From assembly GCA_963743775.1 (NCBI GenBank), contig CAVURA010000008.1:197152-261151 (forward strand): a stretch of DNA of 64,000 nucleotides, given 5' to 3'. The notes under the pieces were generated by a model, which ran no database searches, was not told the origin of the DNA, and saw nothing but the letters and a program-made list of their open reading frames with translations. Below are positions 1 through 10,518 of this stretch, in pieces; the first letter of the stretch is position 1, and each line of letters starts with the position of its first letter. The position numbers and the translations under genes were made by a program. Source of the stretch: an uncultured Bacteroidales bacterium. GTDB taxonomy: Bacteria; Bacteroidota; Bacteroidia; Bacteroidales; VadinHA17.

Positions 1-956
1 TGCTGCCAGCGTACTCTCAGGCAGACAGGATACAGGTACATGACCCTGTGATGATAAAGGAGGGTAACACATTTTATCTTTTCTGTACTGGTATGGGTAT
101 CTCAGTATGGTCTTCAACAGATATGAAACAATGGAAGAGCTGTAAGCCGGTGTTTGATAAAGCTCCGGTATGGGCTATTGAAGCCGTGGAAGGATATAAA
201 GGGCATACCTGGGCTCCTGATATTTCTTACCATAACGGGAAGTATTATCTCTACTATTCAGTTTCAGCCTTTGGCAAGAACACATCATGTATAGGCGTGG
301 CCACCAATACCACTCTTGACCCTGCTGATCCGTCTTTCAGGTGGATTGACCAAGGCAAAGTCATACAATCTGTTCCCGGACGTGATATGTGGAATGCCAT
401 TGACCCCAACCTGATGGTTGATGATGCCGGTACTCCATGGCTGGTGTTTGGCTCTTTCTGGGACGGGATGAAGCTGGTGAAGCTGGACAAGAGTTTAATC
501 AAAGTGGCTGAACCGCAGGAATGGCACACTGTCGCTGCGCGCCCGCGCGATTATTATACCGATGAATACAATGCAGGCGAAGGCTCAATCGAAGCGCCGT
601 TCCTGTTTAAAAAGGATAAGTATTACTATTTATTTGTCTCCTTTGACTTTTGTTGTCGGGGTCTTGAAAGCACCTATAAGGTTGTTGTGGGAAGGTCAGA
701 AAACATTACCGGCCCGTATGTTGACAGGGACGGACGTAAAATGATATATGGCGCCGGGACCCCGGTATTGACAGGTAATAAAGACTGGCCGGGAGTGGGT
801 CACAGTGCAACATATGCATTTGATGGTAAGGACTATATAATCTATCATGGCTATGATGCTTCTGATCATGGCAGGCCGAAACTGCTTATTGACACCCTTC
901 AATGGGATGAAGGTGGCTGGCCTGTGGTAAAAAACAGCGTCATATCTGCGAAATAG
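1..956 (+). CDS. Glycoside hydrolase family 43 endo-1,5-alpha-L-arabinanase; the 5' end lies outside the window
   Basis: The frame is open from nt 3 (LPAYSQADRIQVHDPV precedes the first ATG at 48), so the gene is cut by the window edge. GH43 propeller signatures are present: VHDPVMIKEGNTFY, WAPDISYHNGKYYLYYSVS, NAIDPN, GSIEAPFLFKKDKYYYLFVSFD. Confidence 0.85.
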   Translation, partial: LPAYSQADRIQVHDPVMIKEGNTFYLFCTGMGISVWSSTDMKQWKSCKPVFDKAPVWAIEAVEGYKGHTWAPDISYHNGKYYLYYSVSAFGKNTSCIGVATNTTLDPADPSFRWIDQGKVIQSVPGRDMWNAIDPNLMVDDAGTPWLVFGSFWDGMKLVKLDKSLIKVAEPQEWHTVAARPRDYYTDEYNAGEGSIEAPFLFKKDKYYYLFVSFDFCCRGLESTYKVVVGRSENITGPYVDRDGRKMIYGAGTPVLTGNKDWPGVGHSATYAFDGKDYIIYHGYDASDHGRPKLLIDTLQWDEGGWPVVKNSVISAK

Positions 957-997
957 AAAATTTTATGCAAAAAATAATCATATTAAATAATTAAGAG

Positions 998-2590
998 ATG
1001 AAACGATACAGTGTTAGAATTGCGATCATTGCGTGCGTGATGATCGGTCTGCCGTTCCTTTTAAGCGCCCAGAACGCCAAGATCAAAATCGATATTGACC
1101 GGACGATCGGGCAGGTTGACAAGAACCTCTACAGCAATTTCACAGAGCATCTGGGACGATGTATTTACGGGGGTATTTATGAACCCGGATCACCACTGTC
1201 TGATGAACAGGGTTTCCGCAAGGATGTCCTCGAAGCAGTGAAAGGACTTAATGTTTCGCTGGTGAGGTACCCTGGAGGCAATTTTGTATCTAACTACCAC
1301 TGGCTCGACGGTGTTGGCCCGGTCCGTAATCCCCGGATGGAGCTGGCATGGGCAAGACTGGAACCGAATACTTTCGGAACAAATGAGTTCATGCAGTTCT
1401 GCAAAAAAGCGGGCGTTGAACCTTACTTCTCAGTCAATATGGGTACGGGAACAATCGAGGAAGCACAACAGTGGGTTGAATACTGCAATGTGAAGGAGGG
1501 GCCTTACTATGCTGAGCTGCGCAAGAAGCACGGTTTCGCTGAGCCCTACGGAATTAAATACTGGAGCCTGGGAAATGAAATGGACGGCTTCTGGCAGATG
1601 GGACATCTGAATGCCGAGGATTACAGCAAAAAAGCCCGCGAGGCTGCCAAGCTCATGAGGCTTACCGACCCGGGTATCAAGCTTGTGGCCGCCGGTTCGT
1701 CAAACTACCGTCCTAATGCTGATCCTGATGAGTGGAATGCCAAAATCCTCCATGAACTGAGAGATGTGGTTGATTACATCGCCCTCCATATTTACGTCGG
1801 AAATCCTGACAACAATTACTACAACTTCCTTTCAACCCCCCTTGTTTGCGAGCAGCGTACACAGCTGGTCAGGGGAATGATATCGGAAGAGATGTCGAAG
1901 GCAAATCGTGGTGACAGGGATCCTGTCTATATTGCCTGGGATGAGTACAACATCTGGTACCGCGCACGCACCGATGAACACATGCAGGGTACAAGAGCTC
2001 TAGAAGAGCCGTATAACCTTGAGGATGCTCTTGTTATTGCAGGTTTCCTGAACGTGTTTGTCCGCAATGCCGATATTGTCAAAATGGCTAACATGGCTCA
2101 GCTTGTTAATGTTATTGCACCAATCTGGGCCGAAGAAAAGGGAATGTTCAAACAGACAATTTATTATCCTCTTGCTCTTTTTGCTAATAATGTAAAAGGC
2201 ACTTCCCTCGATCTGTTTGTCGATTGCGACACATATGACACTGAAGAGTTCTTTATAGGACTGGGTGAGAGCACCACAAAGCAGACTGACGTTCCTTATC
2301 TTGATGTCTCAGCTACCTACAATGATGGCCAGATGGTCATGTGCGTTGTTAACAGGAATAAAGACAAAGCCATTACCACAGACCTACTCTGTCAGACCGG
2401 AGAATTCTCGGGTGAATTCCAGGTTTTCGAGGTAAACGGTCCTGATATCAAGTCAATGAACAACTTTGACAAGGAAGAGGTAAAGACTGTAAAAAAACCC
2501 GCTATAAAAGGGAAAGGCACGAAGCTCACCTATTCTTTCCCCGCGCACTCGTTAACAATGATGATCGGGAAGATTGAAAATTCTAAATAA
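998..2590 (+). CDS. abfA: GH51 alpha-L-arabinofuranosidase with signal peptide
   Basis: NFTEHLGRCIYGGIY, VRYPGGNFVSNYHWLDGVGP and FGTNEFMQFCKKAGVEPY are present. WSLGNEMDG carries the acid/base Glu, and the C-terminal beta-sandwich is present. The N-terminal signal is MKRYSVRIAIIACVMIGLPFLLSAQ. Confidence 0.9.
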   Translation: MKRYSVRIAIIACVMIGLPFLLSAQNAKIKIDIDRTIGQVDKNLYSNFTEHLGRCIYGGIYEPGSPLSDEQGFRKDVLEAVKGLNVSLVRYPGGNFVSNYHWLDGVGPVRNPRMELAWARLEPNTFGTNEFMQFCKKAGVEPYFSVNMGTGTIEEAQQWVEYCNVKEGPYYAELRKKHGFAEPYGIKYWSLGNEMDGFWQMGHLNAEDYSKKAREAAKLMRLTDPGIKLVAAGSSNYRPNADPDEWNAKILHELRDVVDYIALHIYVGNPDNNYYNFLSTPLVCEQRTQLVRGMISEEMSKANRGDRDPVYIAWDEYNIWYRARTDEHMQGTRALEEPYNLEDALVIAGFLNVFVRNADIVKMANMAQLVNVIAPIWAEEKGMFKQTIYYPLALFANNVKGTSLDLFVDCDTYDTEEFFIGLGESTTKQTDVPYLDVSATYNDGQMVMCVVNRNKDKAITTDLLCQTGEFSGEFQVFEVNGPDIKSMNNFDKEEVKTVKKPAIKGKGTKLTYSFPAHSLTMMIGKIENSK

Positions 2591-2610
2591 AACGCTTATT
2601 TTTAAAAAAA

Positions 2611-3747
2611 ATGAATATGCAAAGACATAAACTTGTTTTCAGCGCTGCATTGACTCTGGTAATGCTGGGCATGATCTCATGCGGTAACAATAAAACAAAA
2701 GAAATGGTAACAACTCAAAGTTTCGGTTCCTTCGACGGGAAGGATGTTTCCCTTTACACCCTTACCAATAAGAAGGGTGATGTACTTAAACTCTCAAATT
2801 ACGGAGCAGTGATCGTTGAGATCATTGTCCCTGACCGTAACGGTAAGAAGGAAAATGTCACTCTCGGGTATGACAAATTCGACGGATATGTCAACGGGGA
2901 TCCTTATTTTGGAAAGGTAGTCGGTCAGTATGCCAACCGTATTGCGAGGGGTAAGTTTTCACTTGACGGAGTGGACTATACTCTTGCAATTAACAATCCT
3001 CCCAATGCTCTTCACGGAGGTCCGACCGGGTGGCACAGCCGCGTATGGGATGCACAGATACTGAAAAACGCCGATTTCCCAGCTATACGGTTCACATACA
3101 ATAAACCTGATATGGAAGAGGGCTTCCCGGGCAATGTAATTGCTGAGGTGGTATATACATGGACTGATAATGATGAGATAATACTGGACTACAAGGTCAC
3201 CACCGATAAGAAGACTATAGTTAACATTACGAACCACGCATATTTCAACCTGCACGGTGCCGGTGTAGGCGATATCCTTGACCATGAAGCAGTCATCAAG
3301 GCTTCCTCCTTTACCCCGGTTGATTCAACTCTTATCCCAACCGGTGAGATCAGGCCTGTCGAGGGTACTCCTTTTGATTTCCGCGTACCGCACCTTATTG
3401 GTGAAAGGATCGGGGCGGACTATGATCAGCTTAAACTAGGTGGCGGTTATGACCACAACTTTGTGCTTGACAACGCCGAGGAGGTGGATGCAATGGTTTA
3501 CGATCCTTCCACCGGAAGGGTTCTGGAGGTTCTGACAGATCAACCCGGTGTACAGCTGTATACCGGCAACTTCCTGGATGGAACGCAGACCGGCCACGGT
3601 GGCAAAGTCTATAATTACCGTTCGGGCTTTTGCCTCGAGACGCAACATTTTCCTGACAGTCCAAACCAAGCTGCGTTCCCTTCAGTAATCCTGATGCCGG
3701 AAGAACCGTTTCTCTCATCAACGACATTTAGATTCTCTGTACGGTAA
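2611..3747 (+). CDS. galM: Aldose 1-epimerase (mutarotase), lipoprotein-type signal
   Basis: ALHGGPTGWHSRVW, ITNHAYFNL, GGGYDHNF and GFCLETQHFPDSPN match the galactose mutarotase family. The lipobox is MISCGNN. Confidence 0.9.
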   Translation: MNMQRHKLVFSAALTLVMLGMISCGNNKTKEMVTTQSFGSFDGKDVSLYTLTNKKGDVLKLSNYGAVIVEIIVPDRNGKKENVTLGYDKFDGYVNGDPYFGKVVGQYANRIARGKFSLDGVDYTLAINNPPNALHGGPTGWHSRVWDAQILKNADFPAIRFTYNKPDMEEGFPGNVIAEVVYTWTDNDEIILDYKVTTDKKTIVNITNHAYFNLHGAGVGDILDHEAVIKASSFTPVDSTLIPTGEIRPVEGTPFDFRVPHLIGERIGADYDQLKLGGGYDHNFVLDNAEEVDAMVYDPSTGRVLEVLTDQPGVQLYTGNFLDGTQTGHGGKVYNYRSGFCLETQHFPDSPNQAAFPSVILMPEEPFLSSTTFRFSVR

Positions 3748-3766
3748 TTGATCGTACACAGTAATA

Positions 3767-5428
3767 TTATTTTGTCTTTTTGCCCCAATATGTAGCGTTC
3801 AGATTTTTTTCAGTTCCGGCATAAACAAATGTTACACGGCGTGGGGTGGCTTCCCAGTCGACTTCGCGTTCGACGCAGACAATTACGTTGCCCAATGTCA
3901 GTTGCTTTTTTGTAGCATCGTAACTCCAATTGCCTGTCAGTGCTCCCGACATAGTGCCGTCGGCATTGAGGGTCAGAGCAGAAGCGCCATCCTGTAGGCC
4001 ATAGCTGTATTTAAGGTTTATGTGCTGCCATGTTCCTGCAAGCGAGTCTTTGGTTACAGTACCGTAATCAGGTACGGCGGCGTAACGTTCGGGCAATGCT
4101 ATTGGCCACAGGTTGTCGGGTTCGCCCGGAGAGGCCGGACACCATACAATACGGTGTACGTGACCCATCATAATGGCATTGGAGTAGGCATTGCCACCAA
4201 CGTTGACAGGCAATCGCCCCTGCGACATGTAGAACCATTCGTTGGTATTCTCCTTTTGGAAGATACAGCAGTGTGATATACCTACCCATCCGTAGCTAAG
4301 ATTGAATTTGTAAGGGTGGATTACGATAGGGTAGCAGTCACCGCTGCCGGTGGTAAAGTTGCGCCCGGTGATATCGAAGTATGGACCTTCGATGTTTGCG
4401 CTTCTGACCACTCGTGTGTTGTACGGTATATCGAGGCCATCGTAGGCCATGAACAAATAGTAGTAACCATCTTTGTATATTATTTCGGGAGCTTCGCTGC
4501 CTTGCCATCGCGACGAGGCTGTACGTGTGCCAATTCTGACACCATATCGGGCCGTCAGCTCACTTGCACTGTTTGCGTAAGGCTCACCTAGTGTGTTGAG
4601 AGGCTTACCTGTCGTGGAATTGAGTTGCAACAGTGCGAAGCCGCTATGCCACGAGCCATGTATCAGGTAATGTTTCCCACCGGGTGTTACTATATAGGCA
4701 GGGTCGATTGCGTTGTAGTAGAAATATGCGCTCCAATCCGATAAACTGGAACGACTGTAGTTTTTGCCACGATCTGATGATGAACATGTAACGAAACCCT
4801 TGTCAGTCCATACAGCTCCGGCGGGATCGGTTGATTCGCACATGCCTATAAAGGCGCGTTCGGACCAGCTTCCATCAAAATTGGCTGATGTGTTGGCTTT
4901 GCCGGTTTTGATGTAATTATCGATAACGATGCTGTAGTACATACGCAAGATCTCTTGTCCTCCAGCGTTGACCCGGCGTACTACCGGTGCCCAGTAACCG
5001 TAAATTATATTGTCCCTGGCAATGGCACCAAGCCCCATGCGCGAACGAATGGCGTTGAGCGAGTCGGCTACCCAGGAGGGTGCTTCATAAAAAGGTCCGC
5101 CTACCCACTCCCAATTAACCAGATCGGTTGAACGTTTGCCTTGAAAATGTCCATGTCCTTCGTGAGCATTACCATAAGAGGCATCGGTGCCGTACATATA
5201 GTAATATCCATTGTACCAGGCAACCGATGGGTCATGAACGTTTGCCAGATTCCACTGGTTTCGGTTTGCCCATGATGATATCGATGAATAGTCATCGGCG
5301 TATGTTGGAATTGTGAAACCCGGAACGGGATCAGGCTTATCTTTAGGTTCAGCAACATCGTCTTTGCACCCTGCAAACGAAAGAACAGTGATGCTGACAG
5401 GTAAAATAAGCAAATACCTAAGTCTCAT
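3767..5428 (-). CDS. GH43 family glycoside hydrolase lipoprotein (arabinanase/arabinofuranosidase-like) with an extra C-terminal beta-domain
   Basis: The lipobox is SFAGCKD. Motifs include NVHDPSVAWYNGYYYMYGTD, YWAPVV and GSEAPEIIYKDGYYYLFMAYD. About 110 aa at the C-terminus (GTWQHINLKYSYG...ATYWGKK) lie outside the catalytic propeller. Confidence 0.8.
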   Translation of the reverse strand: MRLRYLLILPVSITVLSFAGCKDDVAEPKDKPDPVPGFTIPTYADDYSSISSWANRNQWNLANVHDPSVAWYNGYYYMYGTDASYGNAHEGHGHFQGKRSTDLVNWEWVGGPFYEAPSWVADSLNAIRSRMGLGAIARDNIIYGYWAPVVRRVNAGGQEILRMYYSIVIDNYIKTGKANTSANFDGSWSERAFIGMCESTDPAGAVWTDKGFVTCSSSDRGKNYSRSSLSDWSAYFYYNAIDPAYIVTPGGKHYLIHGSWHSGFALLQLNSTTGKPLNTLGEPYANSASELTARYGVRIGTRTASSRWQGSEAPEIIYKDGYYYLFMAYDGLDIPYNTRVVRSANIEGPYFDITGRNFTTGSGDCYPIVIHPYKFNLSYGWVGISHCCIFQKENTNEWFYMSQGRLPVNVGGNAYSNAIMMGHVHRIVWCPASPGEPDNLWPIALPERYAAVPDYGTVTKDSLAGTWQHINLKYSYGLQDGASALTLNADGTMSGALTGNWSYDATKKQLTLGNVIVCVEREVDWEATPRRVTFVYAGTEKNLNATYWGKKTK

Positions 5429-5447
5429 GTCTGATATATTTTTTTAA

Positions 5448-5491
5448 AGACTTCCTTATCAACCCAAAAAAATGTGCCGATAAGGAAGTCT
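5448..5491 (-). promoter_or_regulatory. Perfect 13-bp stem / 18-nt loop hairpin in the susD-GH43 spacer
   Basis: agacttccttatc (5448-5460) is the exact reverse complement of gataaggaagtct (5479-5491). It sits between the SusD stop (5512) and the GH43 start (5428). Confidence 0.6.
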
Positions 5492-5511
5492 CTGATTTCC
5501 GGGAATGCATC

Positions 5512-7266
5512 CTACTCTACAACAGGATGAATAGTCCATTTAGCTTTGAAAGCAGGTCCATTATCTTCATTCTTGTTTGCCGAGTTACCTGTAAGGTTTG
5601 GATTGGCATTAAGAGTATTTTGAAATATTGGGAAATATTCATGTCCCTTATAGTAGTAGTTGAAAGATGAATCGTCAGCGGTTTCGGCGGTAAGCTCATC
5701 GGTTGAGGCTTTTCCATCGCGCTTGTAATAACCATGTTCAACCAACTGATCCAGACGACCTTCATCGTAGAAGAATCCCCAGCGGAGCAAGTCGATACCA
5801 CGTCCGTTTTCGCAACCAAATTCTTTAGGACGTTCAACGTTTGCTATTTGTTCGAAAAGAGCATCAGCAGACGGGAAGTCGGAAAGCTGAAGATCTTCAA
5901 GAGCAACGCGTCGACGCACGATATTAATGTAATCGATGGCAATCTGGGTTGGGCCACTGATTTCATTTTCGCATTCTGCTGCACGTAGTAAAACATCGCT
6001 GTAACGCATAAGGCGCAGATTGATTCCGCAATGCAATCCGGTAGTAATAGAACTGTAGATGTTGTTTCTTGCATTGGTGAACTTAGCTATTGATATACCA
6101 CCCTGGGCAGTGTTGGACAGAGGAGTTTCAGTTATGTCTGCCTTATAAACAGTGTTGCTGCGGGGATCTCCATTGGGATATGCCGCTGTTTTCAGCCCGG
6201 TATAGCTGTTATATTCATCTTCGAATGTAACCAATGTCCAGTATAAACGAGGATCGAGACGGCCATCTGTAGAGTTCTCCTTTATGAACAGGTTATACAA
6301 CCAGGGTGAGCCGGCCAGGTCGCCCCAGCTACCCAATTGCTGAGAAGCGTAGTTGCTTTCTACAGCGTGACCCTGAGTTGCTTCCGGGCTTATGTTTACC
6401 GGAGTCCACTCCTGGTCAGTGCCACCTGTGCCATAGTCCATAAACTGAACTTCGAAAAGACTCTCTGAGTTATTCTCATATGCCGGACCTTCCCTGAAGT
6501 TGTCACCATAGTCGTCTGTAAGTTCATAATGTCCGTACACGCCGGCAATGATGTCTTTCAGTACAGCATAAGCCTCAGAGTATTTATGACGGAACATAAG
6601 CGCACGGGCCAGATATCCGGCAGCAGCACCGCTGGTAGCACGACCTTTGGCAAATTCGCCTCCATCGTCCCGCGATGGCAACATTTCCATAGCTTTTGTG
6701 AGGTCAGTCTCTATCTGGTCAAACACCTCATCCTGAGTATTGCTGGATGCATACATGGTGTTGATGTCTGAATAAGATGCATAGTCTATTATCAATGGGA
6801 CAGTCTGGTAATATGTGGCCAATTCATAGTATGCAAGAGATCTGAGGAAAAGAGCCTGTCCGGCTATCTGATTGTAGGAAGCTTCCGGCATATTGACAAC
6901 ATCGACTTTCGACAATACAAAGTTTGTACGGTTTACTATATGGTAGCAGTCGCGCCATGGCCACTCGTCACCTATCCCGATTGTACCGGGAGAATTGAGG
7001 TTGTCGTACTCCAGATACCACTGCTGGGATGAGTTCCAGACTTCGTCGCCACGCACAGCATCCAAAGTGTAGCCAACACGTGAATATGTACCCTCGAGGC
7101 GTATACGGTTGTAGCACGCGATTATAGCCTCCTGAAGATCTGATTCTGAATTTCCAAAATCGTAGGTTGTCTGACTGTTGGGGTTCGTAACGTCGAGTTC
7201 GTCATTGCAGGCTGTCATGCCTCCAATCAGCGCCAACATTATTAGAATTATATTTAAACTTTTCAT
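5512..7266 (-). CDS. SusD/RagB-family nutrient-binding outer-membrane lipoprotein
   Basis: It lies 29 nt downstream of the SusC gene. The lipobox is GMTACND. Its 584-aa length, TPR-like helical N-terminal half (AYYELATYYQ, ARALMFRHKY) and RRRVALE / ERPKEFGCENGRGIDLLRWG block are typical of SusD. Confidence 0.9.
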   Translation of the reverse strand: MKSLNIILIMLALIGGMTACNDELDVTNPNSQTTYDFGNSESDLQEAIIACYNRIRLEGTYSRVGYTLDAVRGDEVWNSSQQWYLEYDNLNSPGTIGIGDEWPWRDCYHIVNRTNFVLSKVDVVNMPEASYNQIAGQALFLRSLAYYELATYYQTVPLIIDYASYSDINTMYASSNTQDEVFDQIETDLTKAMEMLPSRDDGGEFAKGRATSGAAAGYLARALMFRHKYSEAYAVLKDIIAGVYGHYELTDDYGDNFREGPAYENNSESLFEVQFMDYGTGGTDQEWTPVNISPEATQGHAVESNYASQQLGSWGDLAGSPWLYNLFIKENSTDGRLDPRLYWTLVTFEDEYNSYTGLKTAAYPNGDPRSNTVYKADITETPLSNTAQGGISIAKFTNARNNIYSSITTGLHCGINLRLMRYSDVLLRAAECENEISGPTQIAIDYINIVRRRVALEDLQLSDFPSADALFEQIANVERPKEFGCENGRGIDLLRWGFFYDEGRLDQLVEHGYYKRDGKASTDELTAETADDSSFNYYYKGHEYFPIFQNTLNANPNLTGNSANKNEDNGPAFKAKWTIHPVVE

Positions 7267-7295
7267 ATTATATTCTATTTTTCAGATTATATATT

Positions 7296-10200
7296 TCAGA
7301 ATGAGAGGTTTGCTCCAAGCATTATGGTTTGTGGTGTCGGATACGAACAATAGTTGTAACCTGGAGTGAAAGTTCCTCCGGCGAAGTCCACGTTGTAGCC
7401 TACATATTTGGAAAATGTGAGCAGATTTTGACCCGATGCATATATGCGAACGCCACTGACATAGCCGCCAAACCATTTGTCAGGGAAGTTATAGCCCAGC
7501 TCGATGTTGGCAATTTTCAGATATGATGCGTCTTGCAGGAAACGCTCACTGAACATATCGTTGGTGATTGAACCTGTCGATTTGTATGCTACGCGGGGCA
7601 CATTGGTGTCTGTGTTATCCGGTCTCCAGGCATCCAGCAGATCAATGTTCTTGTTGAGTATAAAGTATGAGCTGCGCAACGTGACGTCAACATAATCCAG
7701 GGCTTTGAAAAATGCAGCTCCGTATGCCGATATGCTAAGGTCAATACCTTTCCATTCAACACGTGCATTTAAGCCGTAATGAATCTTTGGTATGCCGCTA
7801 CCCAGGAATTGCTGGTCCTCGTTTGTAATTTCGCCGTCGAGGTTGATGTCGGCGTATGCAACATCACCTGGCTGTGCTCCGCTCTGATTGATGAATTCTC
7901 CTTCTGCATTGACACGGGTATCTATCTCTTCCTGCGACTGGAAGATACCATCATAAACGTAGCCATAGAATGAACCAACTTCACGACCCACCTCTGTCCG
8001 GCAGTAGCCATCGGTACGGGGTTCGCCTGAAACTCCAAGCTTTGTTACCATGTTGTGGAGGGTAGACAAGTTTGCGGAAATGTCATACCTGACAGCGTGC
8101 TGATGATTGTGATATGCAACCAGGAACTCGAGACCTGTGTTTTCCATCGTTGCTGCGTTCATCGTTACCGTTGAGTTGGTAACACCTGCATTGGTTGGAA
8201 CTGCCACACTGTAAAGAAGGTCTTCTGATATTGACTTGTACCAGTCGAAAGTAAATTCCAGCTGATTGTCGAACATGCCGAGGTCGAGACCAAAGTCAAG
8301 AGTTTTCTTCTTTTCCCATCTGATGGCTGTGTTTACATAGTTTGATATTGCAGAGCCGGTAACCTTATTGTTATTAAAGCTGTATGTGTAGTTACCTCTC
8401 TGCATAACATCCATGTACTGGTAATCGCCAATGTTCTCATTACCAAGCTCACCATAGCTGCCTCGAATCTTGAGCAGGTTGATAAGCGATTTGTCAACAG
8501 GGAAAAAGTCTTCACGTTCGATACGCCAGCCTGCTGACACAGACGGGAACCAACCCCAGCGGTCAGCTGAAGAAAGACGGCTTGAGCCATCACGACGTGC
8601 TGTTGCCGAAATAAGGTATTTCTCATCGAAATTGTAGTTGACACGACCTACAAACGATGCCAGCACGTGTTCGCTCTCATAGCTTGTTGATGATGTCTCC
8701 TCAGCGTTGTTTACCTGCAGATAGTATGGTTCAGGCAACGTAATGCCTTTGCCTGTGAGTGTGTGATAGAGTTCGCGCTCGAAGGTCTGGCCAACAATCG
8801 CATTGATGTGATTTCGTCCGATACTGCCGTCGTATGTTATGGTGTTTTCCACAAGTACATCGCTATAGTTACGATAGCCCTCCGTCAGGTTCTCATCGCT
8901 CTTTGACAGGTAGTTTGTTGTACTCTGTATAAATGCAGGGAAGAATGTCAAATCCTTTGCATAGGTCCTGCTGTAGGCCAGGTTCAGGTTGTAATCTATC
9001 TTGTGATTGCTGCTCGTGAGACCTACCATGTTTATGAGGTCAACATTTAAAGAACCTGAAGCAACAATGCGATCAACTTTTGAGTTCCTCGTTATCAAAC
9101 CGTTTTCCAGCAGAACGTTCGTTACACGCAAGTCTCCGTGAACGTCGTCATAGTAAGTGCCATAACCGTAAGAGTCGTAGTGGTATTCTGATGCAGCCGA
9201 AATTTTGTCGTCGAGAACCCAGGTCGATTCATCATAAGCCCTGATTGTCGGAGGTGTAATCAGAACCGAAGCCATTACAGGATATTGTGCACCATACAGA
9301 CCTTGTACATACTCATTGGCGTTGCTGAGAGCCATATTGTCCTGATCGCTGTGGCTGTACACTATGTTAGCTTTGATTTTGATGAACTTGACATCCATAG
9401 TGTTGTTGAAACGGGCAGTAAAACGTTCGAAGTTAGGACCGGCACCTACCATCGTTCCTTCCTGGCTAAAGTAGTCGAGACCGAGGTTGTAAGTATTATT
9501 GGCGCCACCTCCTGACAGGTTGAGGTTGTGATTCTGACGAATACCTGTTTTAAACGCCTCATCGTACCAGTTTGTGTTAATTTCACCCGGATCGATATAT
9601 TTTGCGTTTGTGGGATCGTATCCGGCAGGAACATTCATTCCGCTGTTGGTGTATGCCATTGTTACGTATTCACCATATTGGTAAGAATCCATAACATCGT
9701 AAACTCCATTCTGCACCTTGTCCAGACCAAAGTAGCCGCTGTAGTCTATCTTCATGGCTTCGTTCTTCTTACCCTGCTTTGTGGTGATGATAACCACCCC
9801 GTTGGCGGCACGCGAACCGTAGATTGCGGCAGCAGAAGCATCCTTAAGTACCTGAAGGGTTTCGATATCATTTGGCGAAAAGTCGCGTATTGTTGTACCC
9901 ATTGGTACTCCATCGATAATATAAAGAGGTGCGGTACTGCCGAACGAACCAATACCACGAATACGAACCATAGGGTCGGCTCCCGGTTGTCCGTCGGATG
10001 TAATTTGAACACCCGCTACCTTTCCTTCAAGCATAGTTGAGATGTTTGAGTGTGATGCTTTCTTCATCTCTTCAGTGTTGACAATAGCAACTGAACCTGT
10101 GAGGTCAGCCTTGCGTTGTGTACCGTAACCTATTACCACTACCTGGCCGAGTTCTTCTAATCCCGAAACCAATATGATGTTGCCGAGTTCAGTTTTTCCT

Positions 10201-10493
10201 CCGACGGTTACTTCAATACTTGTGTATCCTATAAAAGATACTATCAGCGTAGCATCTGAAGGAACAGAAAGAGAGAAGCTACCATCAAGGCCGGAACTGG
10301 TACCTTTGGTTGTACCTTTTTCTATTATGGTTGCGCCTGGAAGCGGTTCTCCGTTTTCGTCAACGATTTTACCCTTTACTGTTATGTTGCCTGTTTGAGT
10401 GACAGATATCGGGTCAGCATTGCCGTAGCCTTCTGCGTACGTTGCCGTTGCGATCGCCAGCAATCCCAACAGTATTAAATATAAATATTTCAT
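7296..10493 (-). CDS. SusC/RagA-family TonB-dependent outer-membrane transporter
   Basis: It has a CarboxypepD_reg-like N-terminal domain (ITVKGKIVDENGEPLPGATIIEKGT) and plug motifs (AAAIYGSRAANGVVIITTK). It is a 1065-aa beta-barrel ending in an aromatic residue (GANLSF). Confidence 0.95.
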   Translation of the reverse strand: MKYLYLILLGLLAIATATYAEGYGNADPISVTQTGNITVKGKIVDENGEPLPGATIIEKGTTKGTSSGLDGSFSLSVPSDATLIVSFIGYTSIEVTVGGKTELGNIILVSGLEELGQVVVIGYGTQRKADLTGSVAIVNTEEMKKASHSNISTMLEGKVAGVQITSDGQPGADPMVRIRGIGSFGSTAPLYIIDGVPMGTTIRDFSPNDIETLQVLKDASAAAIYGSRAANGVVIITTKQGKKNEAMKIDYSGYFGLDKVQNGVYDVMDSYQYGEYVTMAYTNSGMNVPAGYDPTNAKYIDPGEINTNWYDEAFKTGIRQNHNLNLSGGGANNTYNLGLDYFSQEGTMVGAGPNFERFTARFNNTMDVKFIKIKANIVYSHSDQDNMALSNANEYVQGLYGAQYPVMASVLITPPTIRAYDESTWVLDDKISAASEYHYDSYGYGTYYDDVHGDLRVTNVLLENGLITRNSKVDRIVASGSLNVDLINMVGLTSSNHKIDYNLNLAYSRTYAKDLTFFPAFIQSTTNYLSKSDENLTEGYRNYSDVLVENTITYDGSIGRNHINAIVGQTFERELYHTLTGKGITLPEPYYLQVNNAEETSSTSYESEHVLASFVGRVNYNFDEKYLISATARRDGSSRLSSADRWGWFPSVSAGWRIEREDFFPVDKSLINLLKIRGSYGELGNENIGDYQYMDVMQRGNYTYSFNNNKVTGSAISNYVNTAIRWEKKKTLDFGLDLGMFDNQLEFTFDWYKSISEDLLYSVAVPTNAGVTNSTVTMNAATMENTGLEFLVAYHNHQHAVRYDISANLSTLHNMVTKLGVSGEPRTDGYCRTEVGREVGSFYGYVYDGIFQSQEEIDTRVNAEGEFINQSGAQPGDVAYADINLDGEITNEDQQFLGSGIPKIHYGLNARVEWKGIDLSISAYGAAFFKALDYVDVTLRSSYFILNKNIDLLDAWRPDNTDTNVPRVAYKSTGSITNDMFSERFLQDASYLKIANIELGYNFPDKWFGGYVSGVRIYASGQNLLTFSKYVGYNVDFAGGTFTPGYNYCSYPTPQTIMLGANLSF

Positions 10494-10518
10494 AGTGTTA
10501 GTATTTTTATCTTAGTGA

